A stretch of 64,000 nt of DNA from an uncultured Gammaproteobacteria bacterium (GTDB lineage: Bacteria > Patescibacteriota > Patescibacteriia > SBBC01 > CAIJZX01): assembly GCA_964397195.1 (NCBI GenBank), contig CAYNGY010000002.1, positions 37,239-101,238 on the forward strand, given 5' to 3'. Position numbers and translations under genes: made by a program. Positions 47,717 through 57,780 of the stretch are shown piece after piece. How positions within the stretch are numbered: the first letter of the stretch is position 1; every line of letters begins with the position of its first letter. The notes beneath the pieces were generated by a model. That model did not search any database. It worked only from the letters and a program-made list of their open reading frames with translations, and was not told where the DNA came from.

Positions 47717-48679
47717 ATGACTGACGCTTCACCAGATCTCCTCGAGTCCGCGATCCTCCGAACGGTCGCGTATTTTGATGTGTTTTCGTACCCAATAACA
47801 CCCGAGGAAGTATGGCGGTGGTTGTATCGTGAGTCAGGGGCGGCTTGGCAGGTTGATCGTTCGTCGGTTCGGATTGGACTCGACCAGCTCGTGACCGCCC
47901 AGCGGCTCGAACGACAGGATACATGGTATTTTTTCCCGGGCCGGAGCGAGATCGTCGCCATCCGACAGGCGCGGCAAAAGGAAAATGAAAAGAAATGGAA
48001 ACGAGCCAAAAGTACGGCCCGGTTTCTCGAGGTTGTGCCATATCTGAAACTGGTGGCGGTTGTTAATACTCTGGCTATCGATAATGCGCGTCCGGAATCG
48101 GATATCGATTTCCTAATTATTACCCAGCCAGGGCGCATTTGGATTGCGCGTTTGATGGTGACTGGGTTAGTCGAGATGCTCGGGTACCGTCGGCAGGGTG
48201 ACAAAATTTCCAACCGTATTTGTTTGAGTTTTTACGTCACCGATGATGCGATGGAGATGAAGAAGTTCGCCTACGCCGATGATCATCATCTCGCGTTTTG
48301 GACGACGCAGGCAGTGCCGATGATGGATGATGGAACATATCTGAAGTATGCCGATGCTAATCGGGTATGGACCTCCCGTCTGCCGAATGCGTGGACATGG
48401 CCATGGGAATCGCGCCCACTCAAACCCAATAAACTCCTACGCGGAATCAAAAACTTTTATGGCCGAATATTCGGTACGGCGGCGGGCGGATATCTTGAGG
48501 CTTGGGCGCGTGATTTTCAGATGCAGCGGATGGAGAAGAATATCAATAGTCGGGCCAAGGAAGGGACGACGGATGTGATAATTTCCGAAGAAGCATTAAA
48601 GTTTCATGAAGCCGATCGGCGAACGGAATACAATGCGGCCTATGTTGAGCGCTGTCGGCGGCTGGGGATTGCGCCATAA
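47717..48679 (+). CDS. hypothetical protein (320 aa), possible minimal nucleotidyltransferase fold
   Basis: VVNTLAIDNARPESDIDFLIIT resembles the hG[GS]...SD[IV]D[LF] motif of Pol-beta-superfamily NTases, but the Gly/Ser is replaced. The rest is W-rich and unassigned. Confidence 0.45.
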   Translation: MTDASPDLLESAILRTVAYFDVFSYPITPEEVWRWLYRESGAAWQVDRSSVRIGLDQLVTAQRLERQDTWYFFPGRSEIVAIRQARQKENEKKWKRAKSTARFLEVVPYLKLVAVVNTLAIDNARPESDIDFLIITQPGRIWIARLMVTGLVEMLGYRRQGDKISNRICLSFYVTDDAMEMKKFAYADDHHLAFWTTQAVPMMDDGTYLKYADANRVWTSRLPNAWTWPWESRPLKPNKLLRGIKNFYGRIFGTAAGGYLEAWARDFQMQRMEKNINSRAKEGTTDVIISEEALKFHEADRRTEYNAAYVERCRRLGIAP

Positions 48680-48760
48680 GCGCCAACGGTTTTAAGCTGT
48701 CGGTGTGGTGGGGCTAAGAAGGTATGAGCGCGGTATGCCGGGGCGCATCAAGCCCGGTTC

Positions 48761-48794
48761 TTGACGTTTAGCAGTCGACAGGGTAGACTGCTAA
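48761..48794 (+). promoter_or_regulatory. groES promoter overlapped by a CIRCE-like inverted repeat (TTAGCAGTC-N9-GACTGCTAA)
   Basis: -35 TTGACG 48761-48766. Inverted repeat 48768-48776 / 48786-48794 with a 9-nt spacer, versus the CIRCE consensus TTAGCACTC-N9-GAGTGCTAA. A -10-like TAGACT lies inside it. Confidence 0.6.
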
Positions 48795-48868
48795 CGCTCG
48801 TTTCCCCCATGTTTGTGGGGAATGTGCACATATCAATTATTTATTCAGCTAAGGAGAACACGGTTCTT

Positions 48869-50825
<1,957 letters not shown>

Positions 50826-50857
50826 GACTCGACAGCGTTGGGTCCCCCCGACGCGGG

Positions 50858-50898
50858 ACAAAGGACCTCGCCATCATGCGGGGTCCTTTGTTGTTTCC
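50858..50898 (+). terminator. rho-independent terminator after groEL
   Basis: 10-bp stem ACAAAGGACC / GGTCCTTTGT (50858-50867 / 50882-50891) with a 14-nt loop, followed by TGTTTCC. Confidence 0.55.
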
Positions 50899-50943
50899 TC
50901 TAAAGCAAGGTCTGTTAGGCTGCCGTATCGGCCGCTCGGGTAC

Positions 50944-50972
50944 TTGCCAAAAGGGGATTTTTATGGTATATT
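50944..50972 (+). promoter_or_regulatory. putative promoter (TTGCCA-N17-TATATT with TGg) for the 51097-54893 gene pair
   Basis: -35 TTGCCA 50944-50949, 17-nt spacer, aTGgTATATT 50964-50972. The leader is about 120 nt and contains small hairpins. Confidence 0.5.
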
Positions 50973-51096
50973 GTACTCACGAAATGGACATAAAAACGAG
51001 AATCGGTACGTTGAAGTACCTTTTTACTTAGTAACGGAATAGCGACGGCGGCTTCGCCGAATACTTTTTCATTCATTTCAACTCATACACAAACCT

Positions 51097-51429
51097 ATGG
51101 ACGCGCTCCATTTACTCAAGGGTAACATCATCGATCTCCTTGGTTTACAACACCTCCCGGCTGACCGACAGCAGGTTCTCTTGGAACAAATGAGCCAGGT
51201 TTTGCAGGATCGTTTGACGGATCGCCTGATCGAATCTCTGTCCGCCGATCAACGCGATGCCTTCGACCAACTTCTGAATGCGAACCCGCCGGCGGATACG
51301 GTAGATGCCTTTTTTAAACAACACTTGCCGGAGTATATCGATATCGCGATGGACGAAGTCGCGAAGTTTAAGAAAGAACTCGTGAACGAAGTAGCAACGG
51401 TTCGTCAGATCGTCGCTAGCACCTCGTAG
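51097..51429 (+). CDS. hypothetical small helical protein (110 aa)
   Basis: Complete ORF. The next ORF starts 2 nt after its stop, so the two are probably translationally coupled. Confidence 0.5.
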   Translation: MDALHLLKGNIIDLLGLQHLPADRQQVLLEQMSQVLQDRLTDRLIESLSADQRDAFDQLLNANPPADTVDAFFKQHLPEYIDIAMDEVAKFKKELVNEVATVRQIVASTS

Positions 51430-51431
51430 CC

Positions 51432-54400
51432 ATGTCTGAGAAATTTCCACCTGAAGAAGCTGCTGGTCATCGGCCAGTAGAGACGGATGAAGTAAAAAGT
51501 ATTCTTGATGATTTGGCGCGACGTATCGCCCAAAATGAAGATGTGACGGATGCAGAGTTGCGACAGACGCAGAACGTGGTTAATGGACTTACCGGTCGTA
51601 CGGACGAGGATTTTGAGTCTTTTTATACGCAGATTACCGATCGAGCGACGCGTGTTGAACAAGAAGATCGGGCCCGTGAGGCTCGTGATCAGGAAGTCAT
51701 CGAGAAAACTGAGGCGCTGAAGAAAATTATCGCCGAGCACCCGGATGATGTGACGGCAATTCGAGCGTTGGCCGAAGAAATCCGAACGCAGGATGTGATT
51801 GATCATCGTGGTCAGACCGTTCGCGAATTTTTCCGAGACCTGCTGGTTGACCCAGCGCCGTACTATACCGTCGAGGAATTGGGTCCCGATGATGTCACCC
51901 CTCCGACGACGGAAGGAGAACCATCGCCATCCGTTTCGCCAGCCACGACGACTGAACCAGAACTCGAGCCAATCAATGTCGTCCCACCAGTGGAAACCAC
52001 TCTCCCAGAATCAGAGACGCCGGCTGTTGACGCCCCAGCCGCTTGGTCGTTGCCACAGCCGGGCCGACGAGTCGGGAAGGATGGAAAGCCGCTCCGCCGT
52101 TTGACGACCGACCAGCGTGAGAAAGCGGAAGCGGAGTATTCGCGACTACGGACTGAAATTGAACAGAAATGGCCGGATGTTGAATGGAAATATCAGCAGT
52201 TAGACAAGAAACAACGAGAAGACTCAGTCCGATCCGATCCAGAAATGCAGCCGCTTCTGAAGGAATACGTTCGGGCGAAGGAATTGTTAGCTCACCCGGT
52301 CCGTCGCGATCGCCGTGCGCCACAAACGACCGAACCAAAATCGACTGTCCCGTCGGGCGCATCCTCGGCGCCGAGCGAAGCAGAGCCGGTTATTCCGGTG
52401 GTGAGCGAACCAACGGTGGGACCGGTACCCGAAGCACCGGCCTCGGATATTCAGCCGCGAGGCACGATTGCTCCAGAGACAACGGACCATCTTTCGCCGG
52501 CGGATAAAGAAAAAGTAGCGGCGACCACGGCGGCGATGGCGGTCAATACACCGATGGGGCCGTTGCGGACCGAGCTCTCTGGTGTCGCGAAAGCCCTTGG
52601 TGCTGAAGTGCCGGTTGAACCGGAACCGATCGTGCCACCGGTGCAGCCAGCGCCATCAGCGCGGCCCGTGACACCATCACGAACGGTGCGCGACTTTAAT
52701 CCGGAAGCGCCGATGCAGGATGAGCAACCGCTCTATCCGGCGGGGTATACGGGCGAAACGATTCGTCCGACAGAACCGGTAGTGATTGAAGACGCGGCGA
52801 CGCGAGTGAGCGGCACGCCCGAAACGGTGGGTACGCCGGAAGCGCGTGAAGTCGCCGCCATGGAGTTTAATGAAAAATTGATTCAGGCCGAAGAGACCTA
52901 CGCGAAGGCGCTCCGACGCGAGGGACACTGGTGGAATTTTGGGAATAAATCAAAACTCGAGAAAGCAAAGAACGAGTATGATATTCTCGTCGGTGAAGCG
53001 CGGCAAAAAGGCGCTCTAGCGATCGTCGAAAAGTTTAAACAATCGGGTCGTCTCGATAACCCGGTCGTCCAAGATACATGCATCGCTGAGGCGCTGGCAT
53101 TTGAAAAGCAATTTGTGAGCCAAGCCCAAGCGCATTTTCGCGAAGCGATGCGTGGTGATAAGGAACAGAGCGGATTCGAGCAAAAAGTTGAACATTTCCG
53201 GACGTGGTGGCGAGTAAATAGTAAGGCCCGGGCTGTGGTTTCAGCTGGGTTGTTTGGGATCGGTATGGCCGGCGCCCTGACGGGTAACTTCTTTGTGACG
53301 GGTGCTGCGTCCGCATTACGTGGCGCTATTGCGGCGGTTGGTAGTGAAGGGGCGATGCGTGCCGGTGGAAAAGCCATTGGTCGGAAGTGGGGTGCGAGTA
53401 AGGAAATGACCGCTGAGCACATCGGGAAAATTACAGACCTCGGTGAGCTGCGGACGCGTATTTCCGCCCATACCTTTGACACTCTTGAATTTGGTGAAGA
53501 AAAGTTTGGTGTTCGGAAGGTAGGGAAACGTGAAGACCGTACGGGGGCGATGCTCCAAGAGCGATATGGCGAGCTCTTGCGGGCGGAGATGGAGAAAGGG
53601 GTACTGGCCCAAAAAGAAGCCGGGAAAACACCGGATCAGATTATTGACTGGTTCTTATCGTCTACCGTGTCTGACCGTCACGAATTGCATAATGCCTACG
53701 TTCAGCGACTGCATAAGAACAAGTTGTCGTCGCAGATTCGGGTGACCGCTTCGGCTGGGATCGGTTTGCTGGCGGGGATGGCTTCTCATACCGGGGCGGA
53801 GCATCTGTCGAAAACGAAAGCGGCGGATTGGGTCAAGAATTTGTTTCACTTCGGCCATGATGACACACACCGTCAGGTGGTGGCTGGGGCCGGACGGGCA
53901 GGACGATCATTTGTGATGGCGGCGCCGGATACGAGTCATACTGTTAGTGCCGCGGTTGAAGCGCCGGCCCATACGGCGGCGCAAGAGGCGGCCGCACAAA
54001 ACATCGCTAGCATGCTTGAGAAGGCCCAAAAAGGTGACAATGTTTGGGCATTGTCGGAGCGTTTCTTCGGCACGCATGCGCCAGGGCTTACTCCTGAACA
54101 TGCCTCACGTTTTGCGGCATATGCGCAAGAGGCCATTCGCCAACAAGCAAGTGAGCTGGGCATCACTGATCTATCTAAAATCAACATTGATCAAACCATC
54201 GATTATTCCAAAATAGATTGGGGTAAGGTAGATTTTTCCAAGATTGGTGACGCTCATCATTTCCGTTCTCTCCAAGAAGTCTTAGATTCCGTGAAAGGGA
54301 CTTCTGCGCAGACATTGAGGAGCATTGCAGAGAACAATCAAACGATCCAGGAATGGTCGGTAGCACATCCGGGGGAAGCTGTGACCGGCGATCTACTACG

Positions 54401-54893
54401 AACGGTGGCGAAGGGCACAAAAAAGGCGATTGTTGCTGTTGCGTCCGAACCCAGTACGCCGTCGATTGCCGTTGAAGCTACGGGGAGCGTGCCGGGCGAG
54501 GCGATAGATTCGGCGATTGCGCAGAGTGTCGAACGGAGCGTTCAAGCGGCGGAGGTAGCTGCACCGGTAACTCAGGAAGTGGCAAAAACACTGCTGATGC
54601 GGCCAGAGATTTCCTCGGCCTTTGATACCCTTCGAATTCAAATTCTCCCGATTGCGAGCGAGGCTCGATCGACGTTGACGGCTGAGTTATCCAAGATGAG
54701 CCTACAGCAAGCCGAGACGCCGGGCCTGCTTGAAGGCGTGGTGTCGAAAGCCGTGACCGGGGCGCCGGAAAAAACGGCGGCGGTGGTTGAATCTGTTCGG
54801 ACCTTCGCAAAAGCACTTCGAGCCGGTGGCCATCTCGCGAATGAGTCGGTAGCTGCGGGCATAGAATGGACACGCAGTTTTCAGGGTCGGTAG
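51432..54893 (+). CDS. hypothetical large protein (1153 aa): acidic coiled-coil N-terminus, Pro/Thr/Glu-rich low-complexity linker, central Gly/Ala-rich hydrophobic segments, helical C-terminal region
   Basis: Composition seen directly. Long PxxP-rich acidic stretches (about 51.9-52.7 kb). Putative TM segments AVVSAGLFGIGMAGALTGNFFVTGAASALRGAIAAVG and VTASAGIGLLAGMASHTGAE. No recognisable catalytic motif. Confidence 0.6.
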   Translation: MSEKFPPEEAAGHRPVETDEVKSILDDLARRIAQNEDVTDAELRQTQNVVNGLTGRTDEDFESFYTQITDRATRVEQEDRAREARDQEVIEKTEALKKIIAEHPDDVTAIRALAEEIRTQDVIDHRGQTVREFFRDLLVDPAPYYTVEELGPDDVTPPTTEGEPSPSVSPATTTEPELEPINVVPPVETTLPESETPAVDAPAAWSLPQPGRRVGKDGKPLRRLTTDQREKAEAEYSRLRTEIEQKWPDVEWKYQQLDKKQREDSVRSDPEMQPLLKEYVRAKELLAHPVRRDRRAPQTTEPKSTVPSGASSAPSEAEPVIPVVSEPTVGPVPEAPASDIQPRGTIAPETTDHLSPADKEKVAATTAAMAVNTPMGPLRTELSGVAKALGAEVPVEPEPIVPPVQPAPSARPVTPSRTVRDFNPEAPMQDEQPLYPAGYTGETIRPTEPVVIEDAATRVSGTPETVGTPEAREVAAMEFNEKLIQAEETYAKALRREGHWWNFGNKSKLEKAKNEYDILVGEARQKGALAIVEKFKQSGRLDNPVVQDTCIAEALAFEKQFVSQAQAHFREAMRGDKEQSGFEQKVEHFRTWWRVNSKARAVVSAGLFGIGMAGALTGNFFVTGAASALRGAIAAVGSEGAMRAGGKAIGRKWGASKEMTAEHIGKITDLGELRTRISAHTFDTLEFGEEKFGVRKVGKREDRTGAMLQERYGELLRAEMEKGVLAQKEAGKTPDQIIDWFLSSTVSDRHELHNAYVQRLHKNKLSSQIRVTASAGIGLLAGMASHTGAEHLSKTKAADWVKNLFHFGHDDTHRQVVAGAGRAGRSFVMAAPDTSHTVSAAVEAPAHTAAQEAAAQNIASMLEKAQKGDNVWALSERFFGTHAPGLTPEHASRFAAYAQEAIRQQASELGITDLSKINIDQTIDYSKIDWGKVDFSKIGDAHHFRSLQEVLDSVKGTSAQTLRSIAENNQTIQEWSVAHPGEAVTGDLLRTVAKGTKKAIVAVASEPSTPSIAVEATGSVPGEAIDSAIAQSVERSVQAAEVAAPVTQEVAKTLLMRPEISSAFDTLRIQILPIASEARSTLTAELSKMSLQQAETPGLLEGVVSKAVTGAPEKTAAVVESVRTFAKALRAGGHLANESVAAGIEWTRSFQGR

Positions 54894-54899
54894 AGACTT

Positions 54900-54931
54900 G
54901 ATTTTCTTCGGTGGTCGTGGCGTGGTATACT
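54900..54931 (+). promoter_or_regulatory. putative leaderless promoter (cgTGgTATACT) 7 nt upstream of the 54939 ATG
   Basis: TATACT at 54926-54931 preceded by TGg. ATG at 54939. No SD. Confidence 0.4.
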
Positions 54932-54938
54932 GAGGGTC

Positions 54939-55340
54939 ATGACCGATTACCACTTGCCATCGGCGCGGGCGATGATCGGAGGCTGGACCCTCGATCGTTA
55001 CCAGCGGCTCCTTGTACCACAAATCATCGTCAGCCCGCTCCTGCTCGTTTTGGTCTTGTTGCGTTGGCCGAATATCATTCTGGTTGCTGCCGAGCTCGCT
55101 TGGTTTGCCTGGGTTGGGGTTCGGACCGGACAACGACGCGGCGGACGGATTGAGGCTTTGGCGAGCGGCGCCTTGAGTGGCTTCTTTTCTGGGCTCAGCG
55201 TCTCGCTTGGACGATGGCTGATTGACCGCGATGCACGGTGGGGCGCAAATGTGATTGCGGAAACGCTCATCACCGCTGGAGTTGGTGCCTTGATCGCGAC
55301 GGCGCTCTTTCTGACGGTCCGCCGACAACCCCGAACATAA
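54939..55340 (+). CDS. hypothetical integral membrane protein (133 aa, about 4 TM)
   Basis: Four hydrophobic helices and no recognisable family. Confidence 0.55.
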   Translation: MTDYHLPSARAMIGGWTLDRYQRLLVPQIIVSPLLLVLVLLRWPNIILVAAELAWFAWVGVRTGQRRGGRIEALASGALSGFFSGLSVSLGRWLIDRDARWGANVIAETLITAGVGALIATALFLTVRRQPRT

Positions 55341-55378
55341 ATAGATCATCAATTTACTAAACACCAACAGGTAATCCT

Positions 55379-57775
55379 ATGGCCCAACCACGTCCTCGAG
55401 ATCAGCAGTATGTTCTCTGGTTTCATGAACTCCGAAATACCGATGTGAAACTCGTCGGTGGGAAAAACGCCTCACTCGGGGAGATGTATTCGCTGTTGAC
55501 TCCCAAAGGAGTACGGATTCCGAACGGTTTTGCGGTGACGGCGGCGGCGTATTTTCATTTTCTTGACGCGAACGATATTCGTGATCGCATCAAGGACGTG
55601 TTGAGCGATTTGGATACCACGAACATGAAGAATCTCGCCGCGCGTGGGGCGAAGGTTCGTCAACTAATTCTCGACGCCAAGTTTCCGGCCGACTTAGAGC
55701 GTGAGATCATTGAGAATTATCGGAAGCTGGAAAAGGAATTTGCAAAACATGTTGATGTAGCGATTCGCTCGTCGGCCACCGCCGAAGACTTGCCAGACGC
55801 ATCGTTTGCCGGCCAACAAGAAACCTATCTCGATATTCGTGGAGCGGAAGCCGTGCTGTTCTCCGTCAAGAAATGCTTCGCGTCACTCTTTACGAATCGA
55901 GCTATTTCCTACCGACAGGACAAGGGCTTTGATCATTTTACCATCGGTCTTTCGGCGGCGGTACAGAAAATGGTCCGTTCAGACCTAGCCTGCTCGGGGG
56001 TGATGTTCTCGATTGATACGGAGTCTGGGTTCAAGGATACCGTTCTGGTGACCGGCTCGTGGGGACTCGGCGAAAACATCGTCTTAGGCCGCGTAAACCC
56101 CGATGAATTTACGGTTTTTAAACCGACCTTGGCGATGGGGAAATCGGCGATTCTCAACCGAAAACTTGGCGATAAGTTGATTAAGAAGATTTACGCCACC
56201 GGGAAGACATTGACGATTAAAGATATACCGGTCAGTAAAGCTGACCAGCAACGATTCATTTTGACCGATCAGGAAGTTGAACAGCTGGCAAAATGGGCGG
56301 TGATGATCGAACAGCACTACGGGAAAGCGATGGATATGGAGTGGGCGAAAGATGGCCAATCGAATAAACTCTATATTGTTCAGGCGCGGCCAGAAACGGT
56401 GCACTCACAGGCGGCTAAAGATGTGCTAGAAGAATACGTCATTAACACTGCGTCAACACCGGTCTTGGTGAGCGGTTCGGCGGTGGGGAGTAAAATCGGT
56501 TCAGGAAAAGCGCGAATCATTCTTGACGTGAAGGGGATTAGTCAATTCCAAAAAGGCGAAGTCCTCGTGACCGACATGACCGATCCGGACTGGGAGCCGA
56601 TCATGAAAATTGCCTCAGCGATTGTAACAAATCGGGGCGGTCGCACTTGCCACGCGGCGATTATTGCTCGGGAACTTGGCATTCCGGCGATTGTCGGCAC
56701 AAAAAATGCGACGGAGAAAATTACTACCGGTCAAGATATCACCATTGACTGTTCGACCGGGGTTGGGTCGATATATGCCGGGAAAATTCCGTTCACGGTC
56801 AAAACCCATGATCTAAAAAAGCTACCAACGCTGCCGCTGAAGATCATGATGAATGTCGGCAATCCGGAACAAGCCTTCAGTCAGAGTTTTATTCCGAATG
56901 ATGGTGTCGGCTTAGCGCGGGAAGAGTTCATTACTGCCAGCTGGATCGGCGTTCACCCGATGGCCCTCATTAAATACCCGAATCTGAAAGACGCGAAAGC
57001 GAAACGTCAGATTGCATCACTGACCAAAGGCTATGCGACGCCGGCTGATTTCTACGTCGATAAGCTAGCCTCGGGCGTAGCAATGATTGCGGCCGCATTC
57101 TATCCGAAAGACGTCATTCTTCGATTGTCCGATTTCAAGACCAACGAGTATGCGACCCTCGTGGGCGGAAAAGAGTTTGAGCCGATTGAGGACAACCCGA
57201 TGATGGGTTGGCGTGGGGCAGCGCGATACTATTCGGAGGCGTATCGTGAGGCTTTCGCCTTAGAGCTGAAAGCGATGTATAAGGTGCGCGAGACGATGGG
57301 CCTAACTAACCTGAAATTGATGATCCCGATGTGCCGGACAATTGAGGAGGGGAAGAAGGTGCTGAAAATTATGGCTGATAATGGCTTGGTGCAAGGGAAG
57401 AACGGCCTGCAGGTCTATGTGATGGCTGAAGTGCCGGCGAACGTCATTCTCGTTGATGAATTTGCCAAGCTCTTTGATGGGTTCTCGATTGGATCGAATG
57501 ATCTGACGCAATTTACCTTGGCGGCGGACCGCGACTCGGAACTGGTCAGCCATGTCTACGATGAGCACAATGCGGCGGTGAAGATGATGCTCGCTAAAGT
57601 GATTCACGGTGCGAAAGAAGCGGGAAAAAAGATCGGAATCTGTGGCCAGGCGCCATCAGACTATCCTGATATCGCTCTCTTTTTGGCGAAGTTGGGGATT
57701 GACTCGATGTCACTCAACCCGGACACTGTCTTGAAGACCCGGATGATGCTTGGTGAAGAATTACGTAAGAAATAA
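55379..57775 (+). CDS. ppsA: phosphoenolpyruvate synthase (pyruvate, water dikinase)
   Basis: 798 aa. N-terminal ATP-grasp region, phosphohistidine mobile domain GGRTCHAAIIARELGIPAIVG, and a C-terminal PEP-utilising TIM barrel. Confidence 0.9.
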   Translation: MAQPRPRDQQYVLWFHELRNTDVKLVGGKNASLGEMYSLLTPKGVRIPNGFAVTAAAYFHFLDANDIRDRIKDVLSDLDTTNMKNLAARGAKVRQLILDAKFPADLEREIIENYRKLEKEFAKHVDVAIRSSATAEDLPDASFAGQQETYLDIRGAEAVLFSVKKCFASLFTNRAISYRQDKGFDHFTIGLSAAVQKMVRSDLACSGVMFSIDTESGFKDTVLVTGSWGLGENIVLGRVNPDEFTVFKPTLAMGKSAILNRKLGDKLIKKIYATGKTLTIKDIPVSKADQQRFILTDQEVEQLAKWAVMIEQHYGKAMDMEWAKDGQSNKLYIVQARPETVHSQAAKDVLEEYVINTASTPVLVSGSAVGSKIGSGKARIILDVKGISQFQKGEVLVTDMTDPDWEPIMKIASAIVTNRGGRTCHAAIIARELGIPAIVGTKNATEKITTGQDITIDCSTGVGSIYAGKIPFTVKTHDLKKLPTLPLKIMMNVGNPEQAFSQSFIPNDGVGLAREEFITASWIGVHPMALIKYPNLKDAKAKRQIASLTKGYATPADFYVDKLASGVAMIAAAFYPKDVILRLSDFKTNEYATLVGGKEFEPIEDNPMMGWRGAARYYSEAYREAFALELKAMYKVRETMGLTNLKLMIPMCRTIEEGKKVLKIMADNGLVQGKNGLQVYVMAEVPANVILVDEFAKLFDGFSIGSNDLTQFTLAADRDSELVSHVYDEHNAAVKMMLAKVIHGAKEAGKKIGICGQAPSDYPDIALFLAKLGIDSMSLNPDTVLKTRMMLGEELRKK

Positions 57776-57780
57776 GTTCG

